A stretch of 64,000 nt of DNA. Source: Actinomycetes bacterium. GTDB taxonomy: Bacteria > Actinomycetota > Thermoleophilia > Solirubrobacterales > Solirubrobacteraceae. Below the pieces are notes generated by a model that was not told the origin of the DNA, made no database searches, and worked only from the letters and a program-made list of their open reading frames with translations. The stretch covers positions 11,534 through 75,533 of the forward strand of contig JAKAED010000001.1 of assembly GCA_021820105.1 (NCBI GenBank), given 5' to 3'. Position 1 is the first letter of the stretch, and every line of letters starts with the position of its first letter. Positions 39,058 through 47,756 of the stretch are shown piece after piece. The translations under genes were made by a program, and so were the position numbers.

Positions 39058-40439
39058 GCGGCTGTCTCCCAATACGAGGGCACGTGACCGCGCGCCGAGA
39101 GTTCGGCGCGCAGCGCCAGCAGCGCCGTGTATGTGGGCAGCGCGAACAGTCGCCCCTGCCCAGCGCGGGCGAGGGCCAGATCCAGCGCCTGCGCGAGGTC
39201 GGGGACCACCGTCAGTGCTGACTCCGGCACGCCCGCGTACTTGAAGCGAACCGCCAGTTCCGCGGCACGAGTCCCTGAACAGGTGATGTGACGCACGTGC
39301 GGGGCCAGCAGCTCAAAATCGGCGTCCCACACCCATGAGACGTCGCGTCCGTCAGCCACGTTGTCGTTGAGGATCGTGAGCAGTTCAAGCTCGTCTGCCT
39401 CCAGAGTCAGTGTCCGCATCACCTCGTTGGCGCCCGCCGGGTTCTTGATCAGGAGCAACTGCAGTGATGTGTCAGCGACCTGAACCGTCTCCGCGCGGCC
39501 AAAGGCGGCCTGCGCGGCTTCGAGTCCCGCCACGATCACGTCAAGCGGCACCTCCAGCGCCAGGCACAGCGCCGTTGCCGCCAGCGCGTTGTAGACGTTG
39601 TAGAGACCTGGCAACCGGAGCAGCACGGACCGCCGACCGCTCGGAGTCACGAGCATGAAGGTCGCGGCACTGGTTCCGTGCAGGGTGATGTGCTCGGCAC
39701 GCACGGACGGCTGCGGCCGCTCCCGCCCGCACTGAGCGCAGTGATAGTGCCCGAGATGGCCGAGATAGATGACGTCATAGACATAGGGTGCGCCACAGCG
39801 CCGGCAGTGCTTTGAGTCTGAGGCGTGCTGCATCTCCGGCAGAGCGAGCTCATTGTCATCCACACCAAAATAGGTGACGTCTTGGTGGGTACGTCCGAGG
39901 TCGGCGATCAGCGGGTCGTCTGCGTTGAGCACGAGCGCCGTCGTACCGGGGAGTCCGGCGACGACATCGGCCCATCGGGAGGCGATCGTCTCCAGTTCGC
40001 CGTAGCGGTCGAGCTGATCTCTGAAGAGGTTGCCGAGCAGCATCGCCTTTGGCGCGACCTGCTGGGTGACGGGGCCAAGCCAGAACTCATCGACCTCAAA
40101 GAGCCCCATATCACCGGCGATGCCGCCTCCGGCACGTGCTGCGGAGAGCAGCGTCGACGCGACACCGCCCTCCATATTCGCGCCCGCCCTGTTATGCACC
40201 AGCTCGTGTCCCGCCAGGCGGAGAACGGTGGCTGTGATCCCGGCTGTGGTGGTCTTCCCGTTGGTGGCGCTGATCACGGCGCTGCCGTGCGCGAGACGCG
40301 CCGAAAGCTCGCTGATCGCCTGCGGTGCAAGTCTCAGCAGCACTCTGCCGGGCAGGCTCGTGCCGCCGCCGCGGCCGGTCGCGCGAACCGCGCGTCCGAC
40401 GGTTCGGGCCACCCGGATCTTGGTTCCCAGGAGCGTCAT
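39054..40439 (-). CDS. murT: Lipid II isoglutaminyl synthase, MurT subunit
   Basis: GGGTSLPG, ATNGKTTT, NLFRDQLDRYGE, CRRC...CAQC Zn ribbon, KNPAG, DGRDVSWVWD. Confidence 0.92.
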   Translation of the reverse strand: MTLLGTKIRVARTVGRAVRATGRGGGTSLPGRVLLRLAPQAISELSARLAHGSAVISATNGKTTTAGITATVLRLAGHELVHNRAGANMEGGVASTLLSAARAGGGIAGDMGLFEVDEFWLGPVTQQVAPKAMLLGNLFRDQLDRYGELETIASRWADVVAGLPGTTALVLNADDPLIADLGRTHQDVTYFGVDDNELALPEMQHASDSKHCRRCGAPYVYDVIYLGHLGHYHCAQCGRERPQPSVRAEHITLHGTSAATFMLVTPSGRRSVLLRLPGLYNVYNALAATALCLALEVPLDVIVAGLEAAQAAFGRAETVQVADTSLQLLLIKNPAGANEVMRTLTLEADELELLTILNDNVADGRDVSWVWDADFELLAPHVRHITCSGTRAAELAVRFKYAGVPESALTVVPDLAQALDLALARAGQGRLFALPTYTALLALRAELSARGHVPSYWETAA

Positions 40440-41305
40440 TGCCGCGGCACCAGCACCCGCGCCGCGCCCGGCAGTACACGCAGTGCGGCCGGCAGCACTG
40501 CCAGCGGGTCGCCGTCGGCGTAGATCGTGAACGGCCGGTCCGCGCTGATCTCGATGCTGCGACCGCGCAGGATCGTGACCTCCTGCTGATCCACGTGCGT
40601 GCCGTCAAAGACGCTTGGGAGCAGGCGCAGAAACCTGCGTCGGGGGAGATCCGCGATCAGCACCACGTCAAAGTAGCCGTCGGTCAGCGAGGCCGCTGGT
40701 GCGAGCCGCATTCCGCCGCCGTGCATCCCGGCATTGGCGACCGCGACCGTGTACCCGTAAACGGCATGTTCCTCGTCATCCACCTGCACCCTGAATGAGG
40801 CGGGCTTCCAGCCAGCCAGGGCACGCAGGCCCCCGTAGGTGTAGACGTAGCGTCCACGGATCAAGCGTGCCGCGTTGGCGATCCGATTCGCCTCCGAGTC
40901 GAAGCCGCAGGTTGCGATGCCGAGGAAGGCGTGGTCTCCAGCGGTCCCCATGTCCACCGCCAGCGGCGTGCCTTCAGCCAGCACGGCTGTGGCGGCGACG
41001 GGCTCGAGCGGCAGTCCGACGCAGCGGGCGAAGTCGTTGCCGCGACCACCGGGCAGCACGCCGATCACCGTATTTGTGTCACGAACCGCGTCCGCGACCG
41101 CGGCCACAAGTCCGTCACCGCCATAGGCCACCGGCAGCTCACCGTTGTTGGCTGCCGCCCGAGCCAGCGAGCGTGCATGTTCCAGGTCCAGGGTGAGCTC
41201 CACATGGTGCTCAAGACCGTGGTGCCCCAGAGCGGAGCGCACGGCCGGCAGGCCCTGAAGCGCTCGCCCGCCGCCGGACACCGGGTTCACGATCAGTGAC
41301 AGCAT
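40436..41305 (-). CDS. Diacylglycerol/lipid kinase family protein (DgkB/YegS-like)
   Basis: NPVSG, GGDG, LPGGRGNDFA, GFD, HGGG, DG..D, ADGD. Confidence 0.9.
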   Translation of the reverse strand: MLSLIVNPVSGGGRALQGLPAVRSALGHHGLEHHVELTLDLEHARSLARAAANNGELPVAYGGDGLVAAVADAVRDTNTVIGVLPGGRGNDFARCVGLPLEPVAATAVLAEGTPLAVDMGTAGDHAFLGIATCGFDSEANRIANAARLIRGRYVYTYGGLRALAGWKPASFRVQVDDEEHAVYGYTVAVANAGMHGGGMRLAPAASLTDGYFDVVLIADLPRRRFLRLLPSVFDGTHVDQQEVTILRGRSIEISADRPFTIYADGDPLAVLPAALRVLPGAARVLVPRQ

Positions 41306-42105
41306 CAGCTCGAGAGTACGAGCGCGCCCAGATTCTGTCCGATCGCCACCGGTTTCGGCTCGGTCGCCGCCTCAGCCTGCTCCCGGGTGGTGATACCGCT
41401 CAACACAACCGCCGCGTCGAGTCCGGCTGCTGTGGCGCCCCCCAGATCGGCCACGAGGTGGTCGCCGATGACCAGCGTGCGCCCCGGTCCAAGTCGGTCC
41501 AGCGCCACCCTGAACACCTGCGGGTCAGGCTTACCGACGACGCGCGCGCTCACCCCCGTGGCGTATTCAAGCGCAGCCGTCACAGCGCCGGTTCCGGGCG
41601 CGATGCCGCCGGCGGTGGGATAGTTCCGGTCGCGGCCGCCTGAGATCAGTTCGGCGCCCGCCAGCAGCGCGCGTGTTGCCGTCAACAGCTCCGCGTAGGC
41701 GAATTCTTCATGGGCCACGGCCACCACAACGTCGGCGCTCTCGGCCCGCGGCGTCAGGTTCACTACGCGCTGCCCCGCCTCTCTGACGTGTCGGAAGACG
41801 GCTGGGGCGCCGATCACAAAGACATCCGCGCTCGTTGTGCGGCCGGCCAGCAGATACTGGATCGCCGAGCCGACGCTCACGATCTCCTCGACCGCGGCTG
41901 TGCAGCCGATCGACCAGAGCTTGCGCACGTACTCCTCGGGCGACCGCAGACCGTCATTGGTCACAAACGCGAGCCCTCTGCCACTGGCGCGGATTGCGGC
42001 GATTGCCTCAGGTGCGCGCGGGGTCGGCGCTCCCCCCACCCACACGGTTCCGTCCAGGTCGAGGATCACGTGGTCATAGCCGTCCAGCAGCGGAGCGAGT
42101 GTCAT
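41305..42105 (-). CDS. HAD-IIA (NagD-like) phosphatase
   Basis: DLDGT, FVTN, VGKP, IGD...D. Confidence 0.9.
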   Translation of the reverse strand: MTLAPLLDGYDHVILDLDGTVWVGGAPTPRAPEAIAAIRASGRGLAFVTNDGLRSPEEYVRKLWSIGCTAAVEEIVSVGSAIQYLLAGRTTSADVFVIGAPAVFRHVREAGQRVVNLTPRAESADVVVAVAHEEFAYAELLTATRALLAGAELISGGRDRNYPTAGGIAPGTGAVTAALEYATGVSARVVGKPDPQVFRVALDRLGPGRTLVIGDHLVADLGGATAAGLDAAVVLSGITTREQAEAATEPKPVAIGQNLGALVLSS

Positions 42106-42135
42106 CGGCCGATTATCTCGGTGATCCGGGTGCGA

Positions 42136-42837
42136 TCACTCTGCGAAGAGGCTCTGCTGTGCTGGAGGCGGAGGATCCAGCAGGCACTCGGGACCGTCAT
42201 TGCGGATGTCACTGACCGCCGGACCGACCGGTCGCATCGCCATTTCATCCGGGCCGAGCCCGCTCAGCATCTCCACAAGCGTGCTGACGCTGCCATCCGG
42301 TGCCAGCCAGCGGCTCTCCTGCTCAGGCCGCAGAATGACGGGCATACGGTCGTGGACCTGGGCGACAAGCGGATTGGCGGCGGTGGTCAGGATCGTGCAG
42401 CTGCGCAGCTCGTCAGCCTGTCCCCGATGCCAGACAGACCAAAGTCCGGCGAAGGCGAACAGCTCGTGATCGGCGCGGGTGATGTGGAACGGCTGCTTGC
42501 GCCGTTGGCCGGGAAGCTGCTGCCACTCATAGAAGCCGTCCGCCGGGATCAGGCAGCGAAACCGCTCCAGGGCGCCTCTGAAGGCGGGGCGATCCGTCAC
42601 GCTCTCGACACGCGCGTTGATCAGCTTGAGGCCCACCGCCGAGCTCTCAGACCAACTGGGAACCAGACCCCACCGCAACAGCTCCCCGCGCGGAGCGCCG
42701 TGGCGGTCGGTCGTGACCGCCGCGATCTCAGTGCCAGGGGCGATGTTGAAATGGGGAGTGAGGGCGAGCGACTCTCCGACCGGGAAGCGAGCGCGCAGCT
42801 GATCCGCGGGTATCGCCAGTGAGTAGCGCCCACACAT
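42136..42837 (-). CDS. SRAP (SOS response-associated peptidase; HMCES/YedK family)
   Basis: N-terminal MCGRY with Cys2, NIAP, WGLVP, INARVES, GFYEW, HDRMPVIL. Confidence 0.93.
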   Translation of the reverse strand: MCGRYSLAIPADQLRARFPVGESLALTPHFNIAPGTEIAAVTTDRHGAPRGELLRWGLVPSWSESSAVGLKLINARVESVTDRPAFRGALERFRCLIPADGFYEWQQLPGQRRKQPFHITRADHELFAFAGLWSVWHRGQADELRSCTILTTAANPLVAQVHDRMPVILRPEQESRWLAPDGSVSTLVEMLSGLGPDEMAMRPVGPAVSDIRNDGPECLLDPPPPAQQSLFAE

Positions 42838-42862
42838 CGGACTGCGCTGGCTGAGTTGTGGC

Positions 42863-43492
42863 TCAGCGGCCCGATGCTCGCGACGCGGCGTCCGCTCGCC
42901 GTTTGGCCGTTGCGGCCTTCTGGCGTCGGCGGCCGTAAAGGGCGAGTCCGGCAAAGACCACGATGACGAGCAGGACGCCATAGAAGATCGCGAGGTCGAT
43001 CGAGATCCCACCGGCCGCCTGACCGACGCCCTCCACGATGCCGAAGCCGAGCCCGAGAATCGCCACGACCGCAGCGAGCGCGACGACGATACCGCGGATC
43101 CGCGCGATCACGCCCGCGCTGGACGGCGGGGCGATCAGGCCGAAAACACGCAGGCCAAACAGCTGCCACCGACCCGGTGCCTCAACGCCGAGACGCTCGG
43201 TCGCGGCCTTGAGATCGCTTGCGCGGCGCTCAGCGACGGCCAGCGCGACGTCCGCCTGCCGGCGGATCTGCATCCGCTCCTGGGGCCTCGCGGCCGCCAG
43301 CGCCTTGCGAAAGTGCTCCCGTGCGGCGTCGGCGTCGTACCGCTCGGCAGCGCGTGCGCCGAGAATCGTCTGGGCCATCGCGCGGTAGCGGGTCTCAGCC
43401 TCGAGCTCCTCGTCACTGCGGGACTCAAGCGCCTGCATCGCGGCAAGTTGGTTCTTCGGATCGATACGGATCGCGCGCTGTTGCTTCGGCAT
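42863..43492 (-). CDS. Hypothetical membrane protein (helical N-terminal domain, C-terminal TM segments)
   Basis: Coherent ORF with TAGACT 7 nt before the ATG; two hydrophobic segments; basic tail. Confidence 0.7.
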   Translation of the reverse strand: MPKQQRAIRIDPKNQLAAMQALESRSDEELEAETRYRAMAQTILGARAAERYDADAAREHFRKALAAARPQERMQIRRQADVALAVAERRASDLKAATERLGVEAPGRWQLFGLRVFGLIAPPSSAGVIARIRGIVVALAAVVAILGLGFGIVEGVGQAAGGISIDLAIFYGVLLVIVVFAGLALYGRRRQKAATAKRRADAASRASGR

Positions 43493-43509
43493 GAGCGGGA
43501 GTCTAGTTG

Positions 43510-43893
43510 CTAAAGGGACACCAGCCGGTTGAACAGGTTCGTCAGGGTCAGCTGCGGATCTTCACAGAGTCCACTGTGCACCGCCGAGGTTTGGATGATC
43601 GTGCTGGACGGCGCCACCAACCAGTGAAAACGCTCTGACTGTGACAGCGCCGCGATCGGTCCCGCGTCAGCTTCCCCGGCGGCCACGCGCACGCGGGCGT
43701 CCAGATGCGCGCGCACCGAGTCCAGGTCCACGTCCCCCGCCAGCGTCGAGATGCGGCGTGGGTCGAGCGCGACCCGCGCCGCGAGGAAGCGGCGTGTGCG
43801 GCAGAAGACGATCACGCCGACGTTGAGGAACTCCTCACGCTCGACGCTGGGCACAAGCCTCAGCACCGCGTACTGAAAGGGCTCAGGCGCCAT
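43510..43893 (-). CDS. DUF3037 domain protein
   Basis: FQYAVLRLVPSVEREEFLNVGV, RFHWLVAPSSTIIQTS.VHSG. Confidence 0.9.
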   Translation of the reverse strand: MAPEPFQYAVLRLVPSVEREEFLNVGVIVFCRTRRFLAARVALDPRRISTLAGDVDLDSVRAHLDARVRVAAGEADAGPIAALSQSERFHWLVAPSSTIIQTSAVHSGLCEDPQLTLTNLFNRLVSL

Positions 43894-44638
43894 GCGCGGC
43901 CCCGGAAGCGAAGCTCCGCGGTGGCGCCAGGCGTGCCACCAGGTAGTTGATGTAGCCGGCACGCGCTGTGGCCGGGTCGTCACCGAGCCACTCGTCTGGC
44001 ACGAGCTCCACCGCCGCGGCGATGGATGCCTCGTCGAGCATTCCGGCCAGGCGCACGTCGGCCTCCGCCAGCGCTGTTGCGAGTGGTAGCAGCACGTGGT
44101 CGGCGATCAGTGGGAAGGGCTCCCGCGCGCGGCTGACCAGATCGCGATCACTGTGGTGTGCGTAGAGCGCGGCGCCATGATCGATCAGCCATGTCTGCCG
44201 GTGCCAGACCAGCAGGTTGGGGTTGCGTGCGGTCCGGTCCACATTGGTGGTGAACGCGTCGAACCAGACGATTTCCGAAGCCTCCCGGGCGCTGAGCTGC
44301 CCGGGCCTGGCGGGGTTGTAGTCGAGTGAGCCGGGCAGAAAGTCGATCCCGCAATTCAGCCCGGCGCTGGCCGTGACCAGCTCGTTGATCTCGGGATCGG
44401 GCTCGGTCCGGCCCAATTCGGCCTGGAGCTCAACAAGCACTATCTCCGGCACCCGCAGTCCCAGGGTCCGAGCCAGCTCGCCGACGATCACCTCCGCCAC
44501 AAGGGCCTTGAGGCCCTGCCCGGCGGCACGGAACTTGACCACATACAGACCGTCATCATCGGCCTCAACGAGTGCGGGCAGCGAGCCGCCCTCGCGCAGC
44601 GGTGTCACGTAGCGCAGGGCGTGGACCGTCCGAAGCAT
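43883..44638 (-). CDS. HipA-like kinase
   Basis: REGGSLP, YVVK, AE, FDAFTTNVDRT..NPNLL, LIDHG; overlaps the DUF3037 start. Confidence 0.88.
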   Translation of the reverse strand: MLRTVHALRYVTPLREGGSLPALVEADDDGLYVVKFRAAGQGLKALVAEVIVGELARTLGLRVPEIVLVELQAELGRTEPDPEINELVTASAGLNCGIDFLPGSLDYNPARPGQLSAREASEIVWFDAFTTNVDRTARNPNLLVWHRQTWLIDHGAALYAHHSDRDLVSRAREPFPLIADHVLLPLATALAEADVRLAGMLDEASIAAAVELVPDEWLGDDPATARAGYINYLVARLAPPRSFASGAAHGA

Positions 44639-44689
44639 GCGAGGATCATGTCAGCGCACGAACCACAACGCATGAGGAGCTGGAAACGG

Positions 44690-45103
44690 ATGTCAATGGC
44701 CGACTTCAACACGCAGGTCATCGCGGAGTTCAGGGAGAACGGCGGCAGGGTCGGTGGCGCCTTTGAGGGCGCACCGCTGATCCTTGTTCACCATGTCGGC
44801 GCCCGCAGCGGTCAGGAGCGTGTGACCCCGCTCGTCTATCTGGCGGATGACGGTCGCTATGTCATCTTCGCCTCAAAGGCGGGCGCTCCCGACCACCCCG
44901 CCTGGTACCACAACCTGAAGGCCAATCCGGAGACGCGCGTTGAGGTTGGCGACCAGACGCTCCAGGTCGTGGCCGAGGAGGCGACCGGCGCGGAGCGCGA
45001 CCGGCTCTACAGCGCGCAGGTGCAGGCCATGCCCCAGTTCGGGGAGTACGAGGAGAAGACCGACCGCACGATCCCGGTGATCGTGCTCACGCCGAGAGAC
45101 TGA
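44690..45103 (+). CDS. Deazaflavin (F420)-dependent nitroreductase family protein (Ddn-like)
   Basis: FN..VI.EFRENGG, GARSG..R..PL, ASKAG..HPAWYHNL.ANP, RTIPV. Confidence 0.9.
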   Translation: MSMADFNTQVIAEFRENGGRVGGAFEGAPLILVHHVGARSGQERVTPLVYLADDGRYVIFASKAGAPDHPAWYHNLKANPETRVEVGDQTLQVVAEEATGAERDRLYSAQVQAMPQFGEYEEKTDRTIPVIVLTPRD

Positions 45104-46746
45104 TGGCGCGCGACCGCGACTTCGATTACGACTGGGTGGTCATCGGGTCCGGCTTCGGAGGCAGCGTCTCCGCGCTGCGACTCGCGGAAAAGGGCTACTC
45201 GGTCGCGGTGCTGGAGAGCGGTCGCCGCTTCGCCGACCAGGACTTTGCGCAGCGCACCGCGCAGGTCCGCCGTTACAACTGGATCCCGCATCTGGGAATG
45301 CGCGGGATCCTGCGGCTGAGCGTGTTCAAGGACGTGTTTGTGCTGTCCGGCAGCGGGGTTGGGGGTGGCAGCCTCGTCTACGCCAACACGCTCTACCGCG
45401 CGCGGCCTGGCTTCTACGAGAACCCGCAGTGGTCAGGGCTCGCCGACTGGGAGCGTGAGCTGGCCCCGCATTACGCCGAGGCCGAGCGCATGCTCGGCGT
45501 GACCGACTACGACCGTGATGGCGTCGCTGATCTCCTGCTGCGCGAATACGGCGAGTCGATCGGGGTGGGGGACAGCTACAAGCGCACGCCGGTGGGCGTC
45601 TTCCTGGGAGAGCCGGGAAGGACGGTTCCCGATCCGTACTTTGGCGGGGAGGGGCCGGACCGGACGGGCTGCCTGCGTTGCGGCAGCTGCATGATCGGCT
45701 GCCGTCACGGAGCCAAGAACACGCTCGTCAAGAACTACCTGTGGTTCGCCGAACGGCAGGGGGTGCGCGTCTTCTCGGAGCGCAGCGTCACCGACATCCA
45801 GCCGCTAGGTGACGGTTCCGGACGTGACGGTTATCTGCTCGTTCACAAGCGGTCAGGCGGGATGCTGCGCACACAGCAGCGCACGTTGCGTGCGCGCGGC
45901 GTGATAGTCGCAGCGGGAGCGCTTGGCACCAACCGGCTGCTCCAGCGCTGCCGGCTCAACGGTTCGCTGAGCCGCCTCTCAGACCGGCTCGGGTACCTGG
46001 TGCGTACCAACAGCGAGGCGATCATCTCGGTGTGCGCACCTGAGGGTTCTGGGTACGACTTCAGCGACTCCGTGGCCATCACCTCGAGCATCTACACCGA
46101 CCCGGAAACCCACATCGAGGTTGTCACCTACGGCGCGGGCGGCGACAGCCAGAGCTTGCTGCGCCAGTTGATGGTGACCGCTGGGCGCCGCGGTACCAGG
46201 CCACTGCACTTTGCGCTGGCGTGCCTGAGGCACCCGCGTGAGGCACTTGGGGCTTTCAGGATCAAAGGCACCGGGCGGCGGTCGGTGATCCTGCTGGTGA
46301 TGCAGTCACTGAACAATTCAATGCGGCTGAAGGTGAGGCGGCGGCTGCCGGGTGGCGCTGTCATGCTGACCACCGAGCAGGATCCACACAATCCGAACCC
46401 CGACAGCATCCCGATCGCCTACGACGCCGCGCGTTGGTTTGCCAGACGAGTGGGCGGCACCGCCTACTCCGGTATCACCGAGGCCGTGCTGGGGATTCCG
46501 CTCACCGCCCACATCCTCGGCGGAGCTGTGATCGGCACCGGGCCTGAGAGCGGTGTGATCGATTCCCGCCACCGCGTCTTTGGGTACGAGAACCTGCTTG
46601 TCTGTGACGGGGCCGCCGTCCCGGCGAACGTTGGTGCGAATCCGAGCCTGACGATCACCGCACTGGCCGAGCGGGCAATGACCTTCATACCAGCCGTAAA
46701 CGAACAGGAGAACACACGTGCGGTACCGCAAGCTCGGCAACTCTGA
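45103..46746 (+). CDS. GMC oxidoreductase, ChoD-type cholesterol oxidase family
   Basis: GSGFGGSVSALRL.EKGY, GVGGGSLVYAN, CMIGC..GAKNTL, TAHILGG, NPSLTITA.AER. Confidence 0.88.
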   Translation: MARDRDFDYDWVVIGSGFGGSVSALRLAEKGYSVAVLESGRRFADQDFAQRTAQVRRYNWIPHLGMRGILRLSVFKDVFVLSGSGVGGGSLVYANTLYRARPGFYENPQWSGLADWERELAPHYAEAERMLGVTDYDRDGVADLLLREYGESIGVGDSYKRTPVGVFLGEPGRTVPDPYFGGEGPDRTGCLRCGSCMIGCRHGAKNTLVKNYLWFAERQGVRVFSERSVTDIQPLGDGSGRDGYLLVHKRSGGMLRTQQRTLRARGVIVAAGALGTNRLLQRCRLNGSLSRLSDRLGYLVRTNSEAIISVCAPEGSGYDFSDSVAITSSIYTDPETHIEVVTYGAGGDSQSLLRQLMVTAGRRGTRPLHFALACLRHPREALGAFRIKGTGRRSVILLVMQSLNNSMRLKVRRRLPGGAVMLTTEQDPHNPNPDSIPIAYDAARWFARRVGGTAYSGITEAVLGIPLTAHILGGAVIGTGPESGVIDSRHRVFGYENLLVCDGAAVPANVGANPSLTITALAERAMTFIPAVNEQENTRAVPQARQL

Positions 46747-47716
46747 CCTCGAGGTCTCCGAGATCTCACTCGGCGCCTGGCTCACCTACTCAGGCGGCGT
46801 CGAATTTGACCAAACCCGCGCGTGCACCGACGCGGCCTTTGACGCCGGCATCAATTTCTTTGACACCGCGAATGTCTACGGGCGGGGTGCCGCCGAGACA
46901 GCATGGGGAGAGATTCTCTCGGGACGGCCGCGCGACTCCTACATCCTCGCCACCAAGGTCTACGGACCGATGTCCGACGACCCGGCTGATCAGGGGCTCT
47001 CCGCCGCTCAGATCGCCAAGCAGATAGACGCCTCGCTGGCGCGCCTGCAGACTGATTACGTGGACCTCTACCAGGCGCATCGCTTTGACGTGGACGTGCC
47101 GATCGAGGAGACGGTTGAGGCCTTCCAGCAGCTCGTGGATCAGGGCAAGGCTCGCTACATCGGCTTCAGCGAGTGGACTCCCGAGCAGATTCGTGCTGCC
47201 GTGGAGGTCGCCGGCCCCGACCTGTTCGTCTCATCGCAGCCGCAGTACTCGATGCTCTGGCAGGCGCCGGAGGCCGAGGTCTTCCCGCTCTGCGCCGAAA
47301 ACGACATCTCCCACGTCGTCTGGTCGCCGCTGGCTCAGGGCGTGCTCACCGGCAAGTACCGGCCGGGCGAGCCGCGGCCTGAGGGCACCCGGGCGACGAG
47401 CGAGTCGATGGGTGGGTTCATGGACCGCGTGATGACCGACGAGGTGCTGGAGGCGGTCCAGCGCCTGGATCCGATCGCCAAGGACCTTGGGATCACGATG
47501 ACCCAGCTGGCGCTGGCCTGGGTACTCCGGCGGCCGGAGGTCGCCTCGGCGATCGTCGGCGCCTCCAGGCCCGAGCAGGTGCATGCGAACGCGTCGGCAT
47601 CCGGCATCGAACTGTCAGCGGACACGATCGCGGCGATCGACGACGCGCTTGGCGAGGTGCCGGTCAAGGGACAGACCCTCGCGGGCTGGGCGCGCGACGG
47701 GGTACGGCGACGCTAG
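46718..47716 (+). CDS. Aldo/keto reductase (Kv-beta-like)
   Basis: FFDTANVY, ATK, DLYQAHR, WSPLAQGVLTGKY. Confidence 0.92.
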   Translation: MRYRKLGNSDLEVSEISLGAWLTYSGGVEFDQTRACTDAAFDAGINFFDTANVYGRGAAETAWGEILSGRPRDSYILATKVYGPMSDDPADQGLSAAQIAKQIDASLARLQTDYVDLYQAHRFDVDVPIEETVEAFQQLVDQGKARYIGFSEWTPEQIRAAVEVAGPDLFVSSQPQYSMLWQAPEAEVFPLCAENDISHVVWSPLAQGVLTGKYRPGEPRPEGTRATSESMGGFMDRVMTDEVLEAVQRLDPIAKDLGITMTQLALAWVLRRPEVASAIVGASRPEQVHANASASGIELSADTIAAIDDALGEVPVKGQTLAGWARDGVRRR

Positions 47717-47756
47717 GGCGACTGTGAGCTGGTGGCCGTCCCGCTGGACGGCCACC

